Shown: positions 13,387 to 26,540 of the stretch, piece by piece
Layout: each line of letters opens with the position of its first letter
How positions within the stretch are numbered: the first letter of the stretch is position 1
Assembly (NCBI GenBank): GCA_951406725.2
Contig: OX597831.1
Coordinates: 22,754,001 to 22,818,000 of the forward strand
Source of the DNA: Octopus vulgaris
Lineage: Eukaryota
Direction of reading: 5' to 3'
DNA: 64,000 nucleotides
The notes under the pieces: generated by a model
What the model was told of the DNA's origin: nothing
The model's input: the letters and a program-made list of their open reading frames with translations, nothing else
Databases searched by the model: none
Made by a program: the position numbers and the translations under genes

Positions 13387-13690
13387 TAGGCTTCAAACAT
13401 CAGTGACTTCTTTTACGCCATTCTTTCAATTTTGTGTAGTTCAATTGCCACGATATAGCCTGCTCCCGAATATGCACGCAACATTATACCTGGTTAAGCG
13501 TGTAATGTAGGATTATTCACTATAGCGGCGTAAAGGAATTTAATGTGGCATAACTATAGTGACCTAATAGTAACACAGACATGTACTATTAGATAATATG
13601 CAAGTTACCTAATAGTAACACAAGCATGCCATGCTACTAATGCTTGCTAGTATTTAAAGCACATCACATATGTGTGTGTGTGTGCAGGTG

Positions 13691-13721
<31 letters not shown>

Positions 13722-13758
13722 CACACATATATGTATAAGTATATACATATATATTTTT

Positions 13759-13795
<37 letters not shown>

Positions 13796-13820
13796 TACAC
13801 ACACACATACACACACACAT

Positions 13821-13861
<41 letters not shown>

Positions 13862-13890
13862 CACACATATCTATATACACACACACACAC

Positions 13891-13979
<89 letters not shown>

Positions 13980-14493
13980 TACATATATACATACATACAT
14001 ATATACATAGGTGCAGGCGTGGGTGAGTGGTAAGAAACTTGCTTCCCAACCACATGGTTCCGGGTTCATTCTGTTCTTTATATCCATTTGAGGATTTCTC
14101 GCAGGCGTTAATCCATCATTCTCGTGTTTGGCCCCCAAGGCTATATATATTCATTTACGATCTTCGCCTATCGTTTCAAATTACTGTTGCTTACTTTCGT
14201 ACGTCTACGTATTGTTTTTCTTTGATCGAATCCTAATTCTCCGCAAATCTCGAGGGTGACGCCGATATACGAAGTTCCTAGTCTTATCGTTAAAGGCATG
14301 AAACTAGTATTTTTTCGGTCGATAAATGATGAAGTATTAAGGTTCTGGTGTCTGTCCTACGTGTACGTTCGTATTCCATGTTTTCGTATTTCGTATTTCA
14401 TGTTGTTTACGTTCTGCGATATCCTGTGTCCATATATGCATATGTATATGCATATATATGCAAGTATGAATTCTCGTCGACAACTATGATTGT

Positions 14494-14538
14494 CACACGC
14501 CGATGATAGGTAAATACCTTGAAACTCGAGTCCGTGTG
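14494..14538 (+). ncRNA. Type I hammerhead ribozyme motif heading a structured repeat (to 14689)
   Basis: cacacg-CCGATGA-t aggt aaat acct t-GAAAC tcga GTC-cgtgtg; 6-bp stem I, 4-bp stem II, palindromic stem III; U4-to-C core change. Confidence 0.75.
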
Positions 14539-15308
14539 TATCATAAGTTGAAGACGGGAAGGATGACTTCCCTTCACAAATACTGATAGGGCACAGAAAG
14601 TGTGTCTATAGCCAGCTGGAGGAGGTATCTTCCTGGGGCTACAAACTACAGTAGCATCCACCCTTAGGGGTTAGCCATATTCAAATGGCAAATATGCATC
14701 ACGATATGTACATATATGTATATATGTATACATATGTATCATTTATATTATTATATGATTGAACGCCACGCATTCATTTCCAAGTAAGTATATCACTGTT
14801 ATCACGTTATCGATCAGACTATCGGATGATGTTAAACACCGCTGGCTCACAGTGCATTTGCTCACATTATTATAACTTTGGAATGATGCTACATCGCTCC
14901 TCGGACGGACAGGCCAATACTCTCTTTTAGAGCTAAGTAAATTGAACACCCGGTCTGAGAATCGAAACACCGGCCAGTGAATATATTTAGAGTGTCGATA
15001 GAGCATCTTGCAGTATTTAGTTACGACACTTTGCACTCTTGCAAAAGGCGGCGAGATGGCAGAAACGTTAGCACGCCGGGCGAAATACGTAGTAGTTACG
15101 TTCTGAGTTCAAATTCCGCCGAGGTCTACTTTGCCTTTCATCCTTTCGGGGGGGTCAATGAAATAGGTACTTGTTGAACTCTTGGGCTGATGTAATCGTC
15201 TTCCCCTTCTCCGCCGTAATGACTGGCCTTGAGCCAAAATCATCATCATCATTATTATTGTTATCATCATCATTATTATTATTTTTATTATTATTAATGT
15301 TATTGCTA

Positions 15309-15354
<46 letters not shown>

Positions 15355-15381
15355 TATTGCTATTTTTATTATTTTCATCAG

Positions 15382-15483
15382 TGGGTCAAGTACTTATGCG
15401 TCTGAAACTGAAGCGAAGAGGTTTGCGGAGGTCTTTATTACGTGGACGGTTGCAGTCGACGGTCGGATCACAAAGTTCTGAAG
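15382..15483 (+). CDS. Possible isolated 102-bp internal exon (unknown gene)
   Basis: ttttcatcag acceptor, AAG/gtaagt donor, symmetric length, open frame GQVLMRLKLKRRGLRRSLLRGRLQSTVGSQSSE, non-repetitive and GC-richer than its surroundings; no homology recognised. Confidence 0.3.
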
Positions 15484-18387
15484 GTAAGTGCTGGACCTTT
15501 GTAGTTCTAGATGGCAATTGTTGGCAGGAGGGCGGGGTGCGTGGAGATGGAGTATGTGTGGAAGGATAAATAATAAGAAAAACGTGAAGGCAAACATTTA
15601 TTTTCAAATAATTGAAAGGGGAGTGTGAATATATAATAGCTGAATATAAATCAAATTGGAAAATATTAAGGTGTGTGTGTATGTGTGTGTGGTGTGTGTG
15701 TGTGCATGTGTGTGTATGAATGTGAATGTGTATGTGTGTTTGGTAGAGATACATAGGAACGTATACTTACTTACATACATGATGTATTGTATATCTATAT
15801 TTCAGTATTACTATATACGTGTGAGTGTATATGTATATATAAATGTATGTGTGTGAATAAATGTGCATGTATAAACATATAAGATATAATATATACAAAC
15901 ATGTATATTACACACACACACACACACGTACATACATATGCACATGCACGCGCATACGGACACACGGACACACTCACATATATACAGAAAATATACATGT
16001 ATGTGTATTCATGTGTGTGTATGAACAGGTCATAGATGTATAAAGAAAATCATAGTTCTCTCATATCGTCATAATAATGTTATACTACCGCAAGTGACCA
16101 AGATGTAATTATTTTAGTTCCAAGTCATAATCTTAGATCAAATTACCGGCTAAACACATACAGCTTTGGATTATAATATTCGATCGATGCTGATCAATCA
16201 TTCCAACGTTTTTTGACAGCTGAAGGATTGCACGTGGCGAGAAACTCTAAGTGGTAGCCACTGTATCAATTATCAACGTACAATGATTATATACACAAAC
16301 ATATATATATACGTATGTATGTATTTTTGTATGTATGAATGTCTATATGTATGTATGTATGTATGCATATATGCTTATATGTGTACGCTTATGAATGCAT
16401 GTGTATGAATGAAAAGGAGAAGGTTTGAGAAGTTTATCATGAATAAAAGAAAATATTTACATTATTATCAAAATGTTACCGGTTTCAATTGTTATTATAT
16501 AAATTTAGTCATGCTGCAAGAAAATGAAAAATAAACTGAATAAAATTTGTCATGATAACAGTTTTATAATTTCGCCAACTTACTTTTACAAAATTCACAT
16601 AGTGCTGGCAGTTGGTCTCTTTTTTTATGGCTACTGAGAATAATTTAAATTTATTTCAATATATAGTTTCTTTCCCTCACAGCATGACTAAATTTACTTA
16701 AAAACAATTGAGACCTATAATTTTGTGATAAAAATGTAATTTTGTTTTCTTTTACTAATGATAATATTCTCAAAGCATTGTTTTAAAGATAGAAATTTAC
16801 TCGTCTGAAGGTTTTAACCTCCTTTACACACATATAAATGTATGTATGTATGTATGTATGTATGTATGTATGTATGTATGTATGTATGTATGTATGTATG
16901 TATAAGTATGAAATATATGTGTGTCTGTATGTGTTTGTATATACGAAACAAAAAGTAATACACAATATATCGTAAGGAATTTATATTCATTGTGACTGAT
17001 GATAGTTCTTTCAAGTTTTGTATTAAATGATTGGTGTATGAGTCCCAGGTCACATACTTCCCTCTGTAAGCACACGGCCTTCACCATTAAACCAACACGA
17101 AATTGCTTTAATCCCCCACCTATCCACTGCAGTTCTTGACTCTTCTAAACAGTGATTTAAGTACTATCCTTAACATTGTGACTATCGAATGAGATTGCAC
17201 TAGATCCTCTGTAAACACTTTCAAAACCGTTATTAAAAACAGCTACATTCATTTAGTTCGATGAACAAAAAACTCGTTATACCATTTCGTCTGGAAACTC
17301 AGAAACCAAGAATCAGAATGCCCTCAAATAACAAGGAACATTGTCAATGAAGCCATAGTAAACTTAAATCACAAATCTAGAAGCTTGTTTACAATGAAAA
17401 TATCTGGTTGCTAAAACATTAAGCGCTATTATTAACGGAGATTTAATATATCATCTTATTGCCGGCTTCAATGGTGTTACTGTTCGAACAACTTTGAAAT
17501 ATCTGAGGATCCAAGCCTTGCCTTTCAAACGCCAGTCATCAAATACAATAGAAATGTAGTTTGATGACAGCAGATGTGAAAGTGGTGGTTTGTAAAACAG
17601 TACTCCCCAAACCAATCACATAGTGGACCACGTGACAGCTTGCCTATCTGGAACGTTTTCGGATGATCTTCTACTATAAAACTTGTACTCTGCGTGTGTA
17701 AGACTTCGAGTACCAATGAAATCAACCAAATCTCCATACATGTGTGTATGTATATGTGTATGTATGTGTGTATGTATGTATGTATGTATGTATGTATGTA
17801 TGTATGTATGTATGTATGTATGTACATGTATGTGTGTATGTGTCACTCTGTGTCACACTGTGTCACGCTGAATCTCCCTGACAACTACGTTGTGATTACG
17901 CATGTTTGTAGAGTGCTCAGTCACTTGCACATCAATTTCACGAACAGGTTCATACAAGGCTTGATGACAGGCAATGATAACTCTGAAAACTGATAACTTT
18001 CGAAAAAACTATATAATCTTTTAAATGAAATTTTGCTGAGATAGGAGTAGATTGTGATTACGTTGATAAAATATCGTAAAATAATAAAATATATTTACTT
18101 GTAATAAATATATTTGCAAAGATAGATGTAGATTGACGTATGTTGATAAGACAGTAAAACAATAAAATATATTTATTTGAAAATACACAAATGAGAAATT
18201 TGTTTTATTTAATTTTATTTTAAAGTAATAAATATTCTTCTTTTGAAGGTTAGTATTCGTCTCATCATATTGTATAAGCAGCAAACAATTTGATAAAAGT
18301 CGAATTATAATTATTGTATGTATGCAATATTTCCTAATAATACTCATGATAGCAAAAATATAATTTCAAAGTTAACAGTCGTATCAC

Positions 18388-18600
18388 CAGGGCCGGTTTT
18401 AACCCATTTAGACGGATTCGTTCAAACTAGGCCCTGCGCCAAGAGAGGGCTTCGCGTACACGCTTGAACGGCTATGATGGATTCTTAGCATACCATTCTG
18501 GCTAATGGTGGAGCCTCAAGCCCTCAACACTTTTGGCTATGATTGGCGTTTACGCGATACATAAAACATCAATCTTCAGCTTGGGATCCGCACTTCCTAG
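18388..18600. mobile_element. hAT-like MITE fragment; related copy at 56845-57189
   Basis: cagggccggtttt start; shared gctaatggtggagcctcaagccctc..cataaaacatcaatcttcagc block; the 57k copy ends cggccttg. Confidence 0.6.
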
Positions 18601-18618
18601 CGTCATCCCTGCATATCA

Positions 18619-19126
18619 TGGTAGGCGGACAATTTGTCGACAGATATTTGACCGACAGAAAACTTACAGACAGGGCAATTGACCGATTGGACAATTTGCC
18701 GAGAAGACAATATGACGACATTTTTTAAAAAGTTAAGTAAAAATTACGAAAATGTTTTATTAGATTTACAAATAAAAAAAACAATTTATTTATAATAAGA
18801 TATTACGTACGAATTGTCTGTCGGCGAATTGTCTATCGACGAATTGTCTGTCGACGAATTGTCTGTCGGCGAATTGTCTGTCGACGAATTGTCTGTCGAT
18901 GAATTGTCTGTCGGCGAATTGTCTGTCAGCGAATTTTCTGTCGGAAGATTGTCTGTCGACGAATTGTCTGTCAGCGAATTGTCTGTCGACAGATTGTCTG
19001 CCGACGAATTGTCTGTCAGTGAATTGTCTGTCTGTGAATTGTCTGTCAACGAATTGTCTGTCGACGAATTGTCTGTCGTCGAATTGTCTGTCGACGAATT
19101 GTCTGTCGACGAATTGTCTGTACATG
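18619..19126. mobile_element. Foldback/MuDR-like non-autonomous element with 15-bp subterminal tandem repeats
   Basis: About 20 copies of gaattgtctgtcgac (18811-19121), inverted degenerate copies at 18628-18720, and an 8-bp direct repeat gcatatca at 18611-18618 / 19127-19134. Confidence 0.6.
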
Positions 19127-19485
19127 GCATATCACGAAGGACACTTTAATATTCTTTAAATCCTCCTTGTATTCACGATGGACTCTCTAGACCAATGAAG
19201 GTTCAGCATGATACTGACACGGGTGTCTTGGTTTGCTAAACAACCTACACGATGAATGATATTAGTATAGTGGGGACGGTGTGTATAGAAGCAACCCCTC
19301 TCGCTACGAGTCCAGTGCTTAGCAGGATGGAGTATTTGTATGGGGTTACCTTCTTTGATAAGCAATTAAAGAATTGAAATGTCCTCATCTCATCTGTCCT
19401 GGCTCCGATGGGATTTTCTGATTGACTTTCTTCGGGAGGCAATTCCGTGACATGCTGATTAAGCTAGAACTGGGACTCTTGTAGG

Positions 19486-19558
<73 letters not shown>

Positions 19559-22500
19559 GCGGGTCAAATTTTAGCACAAGGCTAGTAAGTTCGGAGGAAG
19601 AATTAAGTTAATTACATCGACTCCAGTGCTCATCTGGTACTTTCATCAAGCCCGAAAGAATGAAAGGTAAAGTCGACCTCGGCGTAATTTGAACTCGTAA
19701 AAACGGACAAAATACCGCCAAACATTTTGCTTGACGTGCGGACGATTCCGGCAGCTCATTTTGGCACAAAGCAGCAATTTCTAGAGAGCAGGTAAGTCGA
19801 TTACATTCATTCCAATGCTCACCTGGTACTTATTCTATCGATTCTGAAAAGATGAAAGGCAAAGGCGGCCTCAGAAAAATCTGAACTCAGAACGTTAAGA
19901 CGGACGGAATGCTGCTGAGCATTTCGTCCGGCGTGCCAACATTTCTGTTAGCTTGCCGCCTTTTATTGCGTGAAATATTCCCCTTCGTAAACGAAATTAC
20001 CATTCCGCTATGCTGGCACCGGGAGGAGTAAGAAAACTTCAGCAAAATTGCTTAACAGGAATCAAACTTAGATTATTACTTTACTTTCTAATATCGCTGT
20101 GTGTAGATTATAGATTTTTATTACATTTTAGTGATTGATTATTGGTAAATTGATATTGAACAGCCATTGTTTTGTGCTATATTGTATACCTAGAGAGTGA
20201 TTGTGTGTGTGTGTGTCTTTATGTTGCTACGTATTTAATATATTATATACATATAGCTGAAATTATACACACGTAGATATGTACCCATACAAAAGTGCTC
20301 GCAACCCACACCCCACAAAACAGGTATGTATATGTACGTATATATATATATATATATATATATAGATAGATAGATAGATATCCCGTTTGGATTAACCTTA
20401 TATATATATATATATATATATATACATACGCACACATAGACACACACACATATATATACATACATATTTACATAGCTCTATGTATGCATGTATATCTATC
20501 TGTGTGTGTGTATGTATTTCATTTATATTACACACACACGCACGCACACACACACACACACATATACACACAAACACACGAGTATATGTGTGAATACTTA
20601 TAGAACATTGCTACGATCTAGCTTACGCACACATAACTCTGTGCCGATCAGTAGAGAGAGTCGCGGTTGGAGGGACGCTATATTTTTTATTGGTTATTGA
20701 TCTTCGATATATCTACGTACTGTAGGCAACCGAGCTGAGAGAATCATAAGCGTGTCGGACAGAATACTTAGCGACACTTCTTTCGGCTCTTTCCGTTCTA
20801 AGTTCAAATTTAACTGAGGCCAACGTTACCTTTCATTCATTCAGGGTCGATAAAGTAAGTACCAGTAAAATACTGGGGTCGTTGTAATCAACTTACCTCT
20901 TTCCCTGAACCTTCTCGCCTTGAGCCAAAATTTGATACCAGTACATATACTGTAGGAAGTCGGACAAAATGCTTAGCAGCATTTCTCTGGGTTTTTTTTA
21001 TTTTTTATTTTAAGTTGTAATTCCGCCGAGGTTGACTTTACCGTTGATCCTTTCGGGTCGATGAAATAAGTACCTATCAATGTAATCGGCCAGATTTTGG
21101 GCCTTGTGCATCAAGTAGAAAAGATTATATACCTTGATGCAGTACCAGGCAGTGGCTCTCATGGCTTCTGATCTTAACTGATTGGAAGTGCTATCATCTA
21201 CATTGTTTTGTCTTGGTATAAAAGATGGGCTACAGCAAATATTCTGCTCAATACCACAGATTTGCTTGTCAGTTGTTTGACCTTAACCAGTTGAGCATAT
21301 CCCTTAGTGGATGACGATATGTGCATCTCTGATCACAAGCAGAAGTAGTGGGGGAGCATCATAGCTATGTGTTGAGAGGGATATATATATATATATACAC
21401 ACACACTTAAGATCAGAAGCCACGAAAGACACTGCCTGGTACTGCATCAGGGCATATAATCTTTTCTGATTGATGCAAAAAGCCCGAAATTTGGGGTAAA
21501 GGAATCTGGCCGATTACAACGACCCTAGTGTTTAACTGGTACCTATTTCATCGACCCAAAAGGATGAACGGAATTTGAAGTTAAAATGAAAAAAAAAATT
21601 CCGGGCCTTGTGCATCAAGTAGCCTTGTGCATCCAGGCCTTGTGCATCAAACCCCAAAGAATCTGTAGTGACGTCATATTCCAGTGTGCGCACACGCAAC
21701 GTCATTCTTCAGTGTGCGTGTGCGGACGTCCTTCTTCAGTGTGCGTGTGCGGGGTTGGAACCTTCTGGAACCTTCTGGAAAGGCATAAGGAAGTTCCCTC
21801 ATGCACATGCGCTAGAGACTGAAGAATAAATTCTATAGCGTTCCTTAATAGCGTCGGGGACTTGAGACACGGCGATAGAAGAGAAAGGACGTATTTTCAT
21901 ACGTGTGATCAGCTTATTCTCCTGTCACAGACGCTTAGGATTTAACCTGTTCTATTAATGCTGAATTGTTGTAAGAATGGATACCAGTATACCATCGTGT
22001 TTCATTGTTGAATAAGAGAATAAAGAATTGTATATATTTCTAAACTTGCGTTTCGTTCCTGACTGGTAGTTTCTAGAAACAAAAAGAAAGGCAATTGTGT
22101 TGCACCCAAGTTGCACCCCAAAAGTGTAAAGAAGCAACCAGTTCCCTTTACAAATCCCTCTCAACACATGGCTATGATACTCCCCCACTACTTCTGCTCA
22201 TGATCAGAGATGCATATATCGTCAGCCACCAAGGGACATGCTCAACTGGTTAAGGTCAAACAACTGACAAGCAAATTTGTGGTATTGAACAGAATATTTG
22301 CTGTAACCCATCTTTTATACCAAGACAAAGCAATGTACATGATAACACTTTCAAACAGTTAAGATCAAAAGCCACGAGAGCCACTTCCTGGTACTGCATC
22401 AGGCCACAGCATCTCGTTCATCTTCACGTTCTGAGTTCAAATTCCGCCGAGGTCCATTTTGCCTTTCATCGTTTCGGGGTCGATAAAATAAGTACCAGTT

Positions 22501-22568
22501 GAACACTGGGGTCGATGTAATCGACTTTGCCCGAAATTGCTGGCCTTCTATTATTATTATTATTGTTG

Positions 22569-22629
<61 letters not shown>

Positions 22630-23023
22630 TTTTTGTGAGTGTTTTGAGACTGAGGATTATGATCTGGGGAGAGATTTCGCTGCTCTTTCTTGCAAGACGA
22701 ACGACCTCGTACAGATGTCTAAGGGGCTCCGGTGAGTTTCTATCATATATGAACTGTGAATCGAACCTATTGTTGATATTGCATGATACAAAGATAGCAG
22801 CGATAGAGCAAAAGCAGGAAGTTGAAGAGGAGTGTGTGTGGTGAAGAGGGGGTTGGGTGGAGGGTGATGGGAGGTGGAAGGAGGAGGAGGAGGAGCGACG
22901 TATGAAAAAGGGCGGGGAGGGGAGTGGTGTGAACAATGACCACAATGTCAATAACAGTAACAACGCCGTCAACAATAATCACGTGCAATAACAAAGAGAT
23001 GCACCTCAGACTACTACTACTAT

Positions 23024-23054
<31 letters not shown>

Positions 23055-23370
23055 ACGATGGGTCTTGCAAAGGACAGCAACAACAACAACAACTGCAACA
23101 GAGTAATTCAGAAATCAACGAGCTGCAACGTTGGGTTTGACGGTAGGGGGGATGGTTGTGGCGGTGATGGCGACGGTGGTGTTGATGATGGTGGTGGTGG
23201 GGTTGTTGCGAGGAACTGGAAGCTGGCGGCATGTTAACGGCCACATCATTAACTTACACACAGACACAGAGGTATATATATATATATATATATATGTAGG
23301 TCCCGGGTTGAGTCGGGGTTAACCACAGTAAATAAGGTACTCAATACATAGCAGAGTAAATTAATTTATT

Positions 23371-23493
23371 TTATAGAAGGAGCTTCTACAGGACTAGAAC
23401 TGTTTCATTCAAAAGAAATCATCAGGAAGCTAGTACCTAGCTTCCTGATGATTTCTTTTGAATGAAACAGTTCTAGTCCTGTAGAAGCTCCTT

Positions 23494-23499
<6 letters not shown>
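23371..23499. repeat. Perfect palindrome (63-bp arms, 3-nt loop)
   Basis: ttatagaagg..ggaagctag TAC ctagcttcc..ccttctataa. Confidence 0.95.
23439..23489 (+). ncRNA. Type I hammerhead ribozyme (mirror copy on minus strand, 23381-23431)
   Basis: agcttc-CTGATGA-t ttc tttt gaa t-GAAAcag ttctagtc ctgTA-gaagct; intact core, 6-bp stem I, 4-bp stem III, GUA triplet. Confidence 0.8.
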
Positions 23500-23535
<36 letters not shown>

Positions 23536-23540
<5 letters not shown>

Positions 23541-23915
23541 CTGTTACTTAGCGGTTCGGCAAAAGAGACCGATAGAATAAGTACTGGGCTTACAAAAGAA
23601 TAAGTCCCGGGGTCAAGTTGCTCGATTAAAGGCGGTGTTCCAGCATGGCCGCAATCAAATGACTGAAACAAGTAAAAGAGTGAAGAGTATATATATATAT
23701 ATATATATATATTACTTGTTTTAGTCATTTGCCTGCGGCCATACTGGAGCACCGCCTTTAGTCGAGCAAATCGACCACCAGGACTTATTCTTTGTAAGCT
23801 TAGTACTTATTCTATCGGTTTCTTTTGCCGAACCGTTAAGCTACGGGGATGTAAACACACCAGCATCGGTTGCCAAGCGATGTTGGGGGGACAAACACAG
23901 ACACACAAACATATA
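23536..23915. mobile_element. Two SINE A 3' halves, tail-to-tail
   Basis: 23536-23687 (+) and 23712-23915 (-) separated by (TA)n. Confidence 0.85.
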
Positions 23916-23948
23916 TACACACATGCATATATATATATATATACATAC

Positions 23949-24015
<67 letters not shown>

Positions 24016-24037
24016 AATATGTATGTATATAACTTTT

Positions 24038-24069
<32 letters not shown>

Positions 24070-24291
24070 CATGTATGAGTGTGTGTACGTATGTATGTAT
24101 ATAACGTATAGATTGGCAGCCCGTAATGATAGTAATCATCATCATCATCATCGAGAGTAGCATCATTAAAATCACACGCGCACTTTATACCAACCACCAC
24201 CACCACCACCATCACCACCATCACCACTGCCGCTGCCGGCAACAACAACAACAACAGCACTGATCACAACTTTCACTTTCTATATTGTGCA

Positions 24292-24331
<40 letters not shown>

Positions 24332-24723
24332 GCTTTTCTTTTCCCAATAAGACTTTATAGTGTAGGTGTTGTGTCCCAGGGTGAGAGAGAGAGAGTTGGG
24401 ATCTTTGAACAATAATCATTTCTTGCTTAGTCATCGAATCACCAATCTCTGGGTAGAGAGGGAAAGGGGACGAGGGAGGAAGTGAGGAGAGCAGTAATCG
24501 ATTAAATCAATATCGATCCGGTATTTCGTTGGTATATATGTAGAAAAGCAAATATATACTTAAGACGCTACGTGTGCGTATGTAGGTACATGTATATTTA
24601 TACGTGTATATGTATGTGCGTGTGTGCATGTATATATGTATATACGTATATATATTTATATATATGTATATATATATGTATATATATGTATATATCTATT
24701 ATATATATATATGTATATATATG

Positions 24724-24768
<45 letters not shown>

Positions 24769-25092
24769 TAAATATATATATATATATATATGAGAGTGTG
24801 TGTGAATGTATATGAGACACCGTGTGTGTGTGTAAGTGAGTAAGTATGAGACTATGTGTACATGTTGACGTGGTTGTGTGACTAATAAGTTGGCTTTTCA
24901 ACTAAGGGGTCTCGAGTTCAGTCCCACTGCGTGGGACTGTACATTTCACCTTTGTGTTCAGAAGGGCATCAAGAAACATATGGCTTGCATGATGACCATT
25001 TCTGAACAAACAGGTGAACCCCCCCCCCCCTACACACACAGTAGCAAGAGACTATCTGAAACAAAATAAGTAAACACCTAAATACATATATT

Positions 25093-25319
25093 TACAAGAG
25101 GGGCTGGGCTGAAAAGTACCTGGCTTTGAGGGTGTCGCGAAAGGCCGGGCTGGAGGCTCAACCCTCCGAGTTCTTTTACAAGGTTCAGAAAACCTGAAGG
25201 ACCGCAGCAATAAGTAAATCTGTGAGTGGAATATGTTCAATAAAATCATAATTACTTGATCCACCTGTAGTCTTTTTTTTCCTTAACCCAAAGCCAAGAA
25301 CTTTGCAGCACCCCCTCAC
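25093..25319. mobile_element. Mariner-type MITE
   Basis: Imperfect TIRs gagggg..gctgaaaagtacctggcttt / aaagccaagaactttgcagcaccccctc. Confidence 0.65.
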
Positions 25320-25567
25320 AAATATACAGATATATATTTTTATTCTATGTAACGAAACACGTGCTTTTCCCAAAATATTCTTTTCCTTCTTTCCGGCTTT
25401 TTCCCACTTTCCGCTTTCTGACGAAGAACCATGCACGAAACGTCACATCTCTCACTTTTTTTCCGTTTAAAACTTTCTCTCAAAGCGCACTTAATACATT
25501 TGCTGCGTACGTCCTTTTCCTTTTGCCATTATTCTTGATGTTTAGTTTTCATTTTTTATTTGGCTTG

Positions 25568-25606
<39 letters not shown>

Positions 25607-25622
25607 CGTGTGTGCGTGTCTG

Positions 25623-25679
<57 letters not shown>

Positions 25680-25772
25680 AAAAAGGGAAAGTTTGCGAAA
25701 ATAAACAAAAGACAAAGGCAGGTGGAGTACAAACAAACAAATGTATTAGTATACCGCTCAGGAATAGAAAAG

Positions 25773-25810
25773 TCTTTTACGTTTCGAGCCTACGCCCTTC
25801 GACAGAAAGA
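25773..25810 (-). ncRNA. Minimal hammerhead motif in a Penelope-like terminal repeat; decayed partner on plus strand at 25413-25450
   Basis: tcttt-CTGTCGA-a gggc gtag gctc-GAAAC GTA-aaaga (core A6-to-U change); partner CTGACGA..GAAACGTC with a similar downstream taatacatttg block. Confidence 0.6.
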
Positions 25811-26032
25811 TACACAGAAAAAAATGCTTGTAGGAGTTAACGATCTATCATATGCATACATATATATTATATATATATATGAATATATATACATATATAT
25901 GCATACAGAGACATATATATCTATACACGAACACACACATATATGAGCATATATATAAATACATACACACACATACACGCACTCATACACACCCACCCAT
26001 CTATCCCCCCTCAAACACACACACGGGGTTTG

Positions 26033-26115
26033 AAAATTTATGACGGCTGTTTCCGTAGTGCTTCTATTGATGTATTCATAACTTACATTGATCCATCGTC
26101 TTCAAGTAAAATTTT
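26033..26115 (-). ncRNA. Degenerate hammerhead motif
   Basis: aaaattttac-TTGAAGA-cg..cg-GAAAC agcc GTC-ataaatttt. Confidence 0.4.
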
Positions 26116-26443
26116 AAACAGTTGTAGATGGTGGACTTTCGTTATGATGTGACCTATGAATTACATCAATGATTTTCTACCAAAGAGTCTATCGTAAAAC
26201 TGAAACGCCATTTCTGCTCCGTTAGCAATTGCACCGCACTTAGAACCAGGTCTGAGTCGGATCTATGACTTAAATTGGATCTGGGACTTACATATCTACA
26301 ATATCTTACCCAAATATGATACCATCATGGTTGTTTTACCTCACTATGAACTCTATGTACCTGTCTTAAGGCACCTCTGGCGTCCTACGTACTGATGTGC
26401 TTAGATTCAAATGAACACTTTAACTCATCTATCTATCTATCGG

Positions 26444-26480
<37 letters not shown>

Positions 26481-26497
26481 GCCATTGCGCCTCCACT

Positions 26498-26540
<43 letters not shown>

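Noticed and set aside
17225-17420. Possible Penelope RT remnant
   Set aside because: Only a vague KNSYI..FDE resemblance with many stops.
21664-21902. Possible solo LTR (TG start, short internal repeats, AATAAA)
   Set aside because: No clear CA end with a TSD and no second copy in the window.
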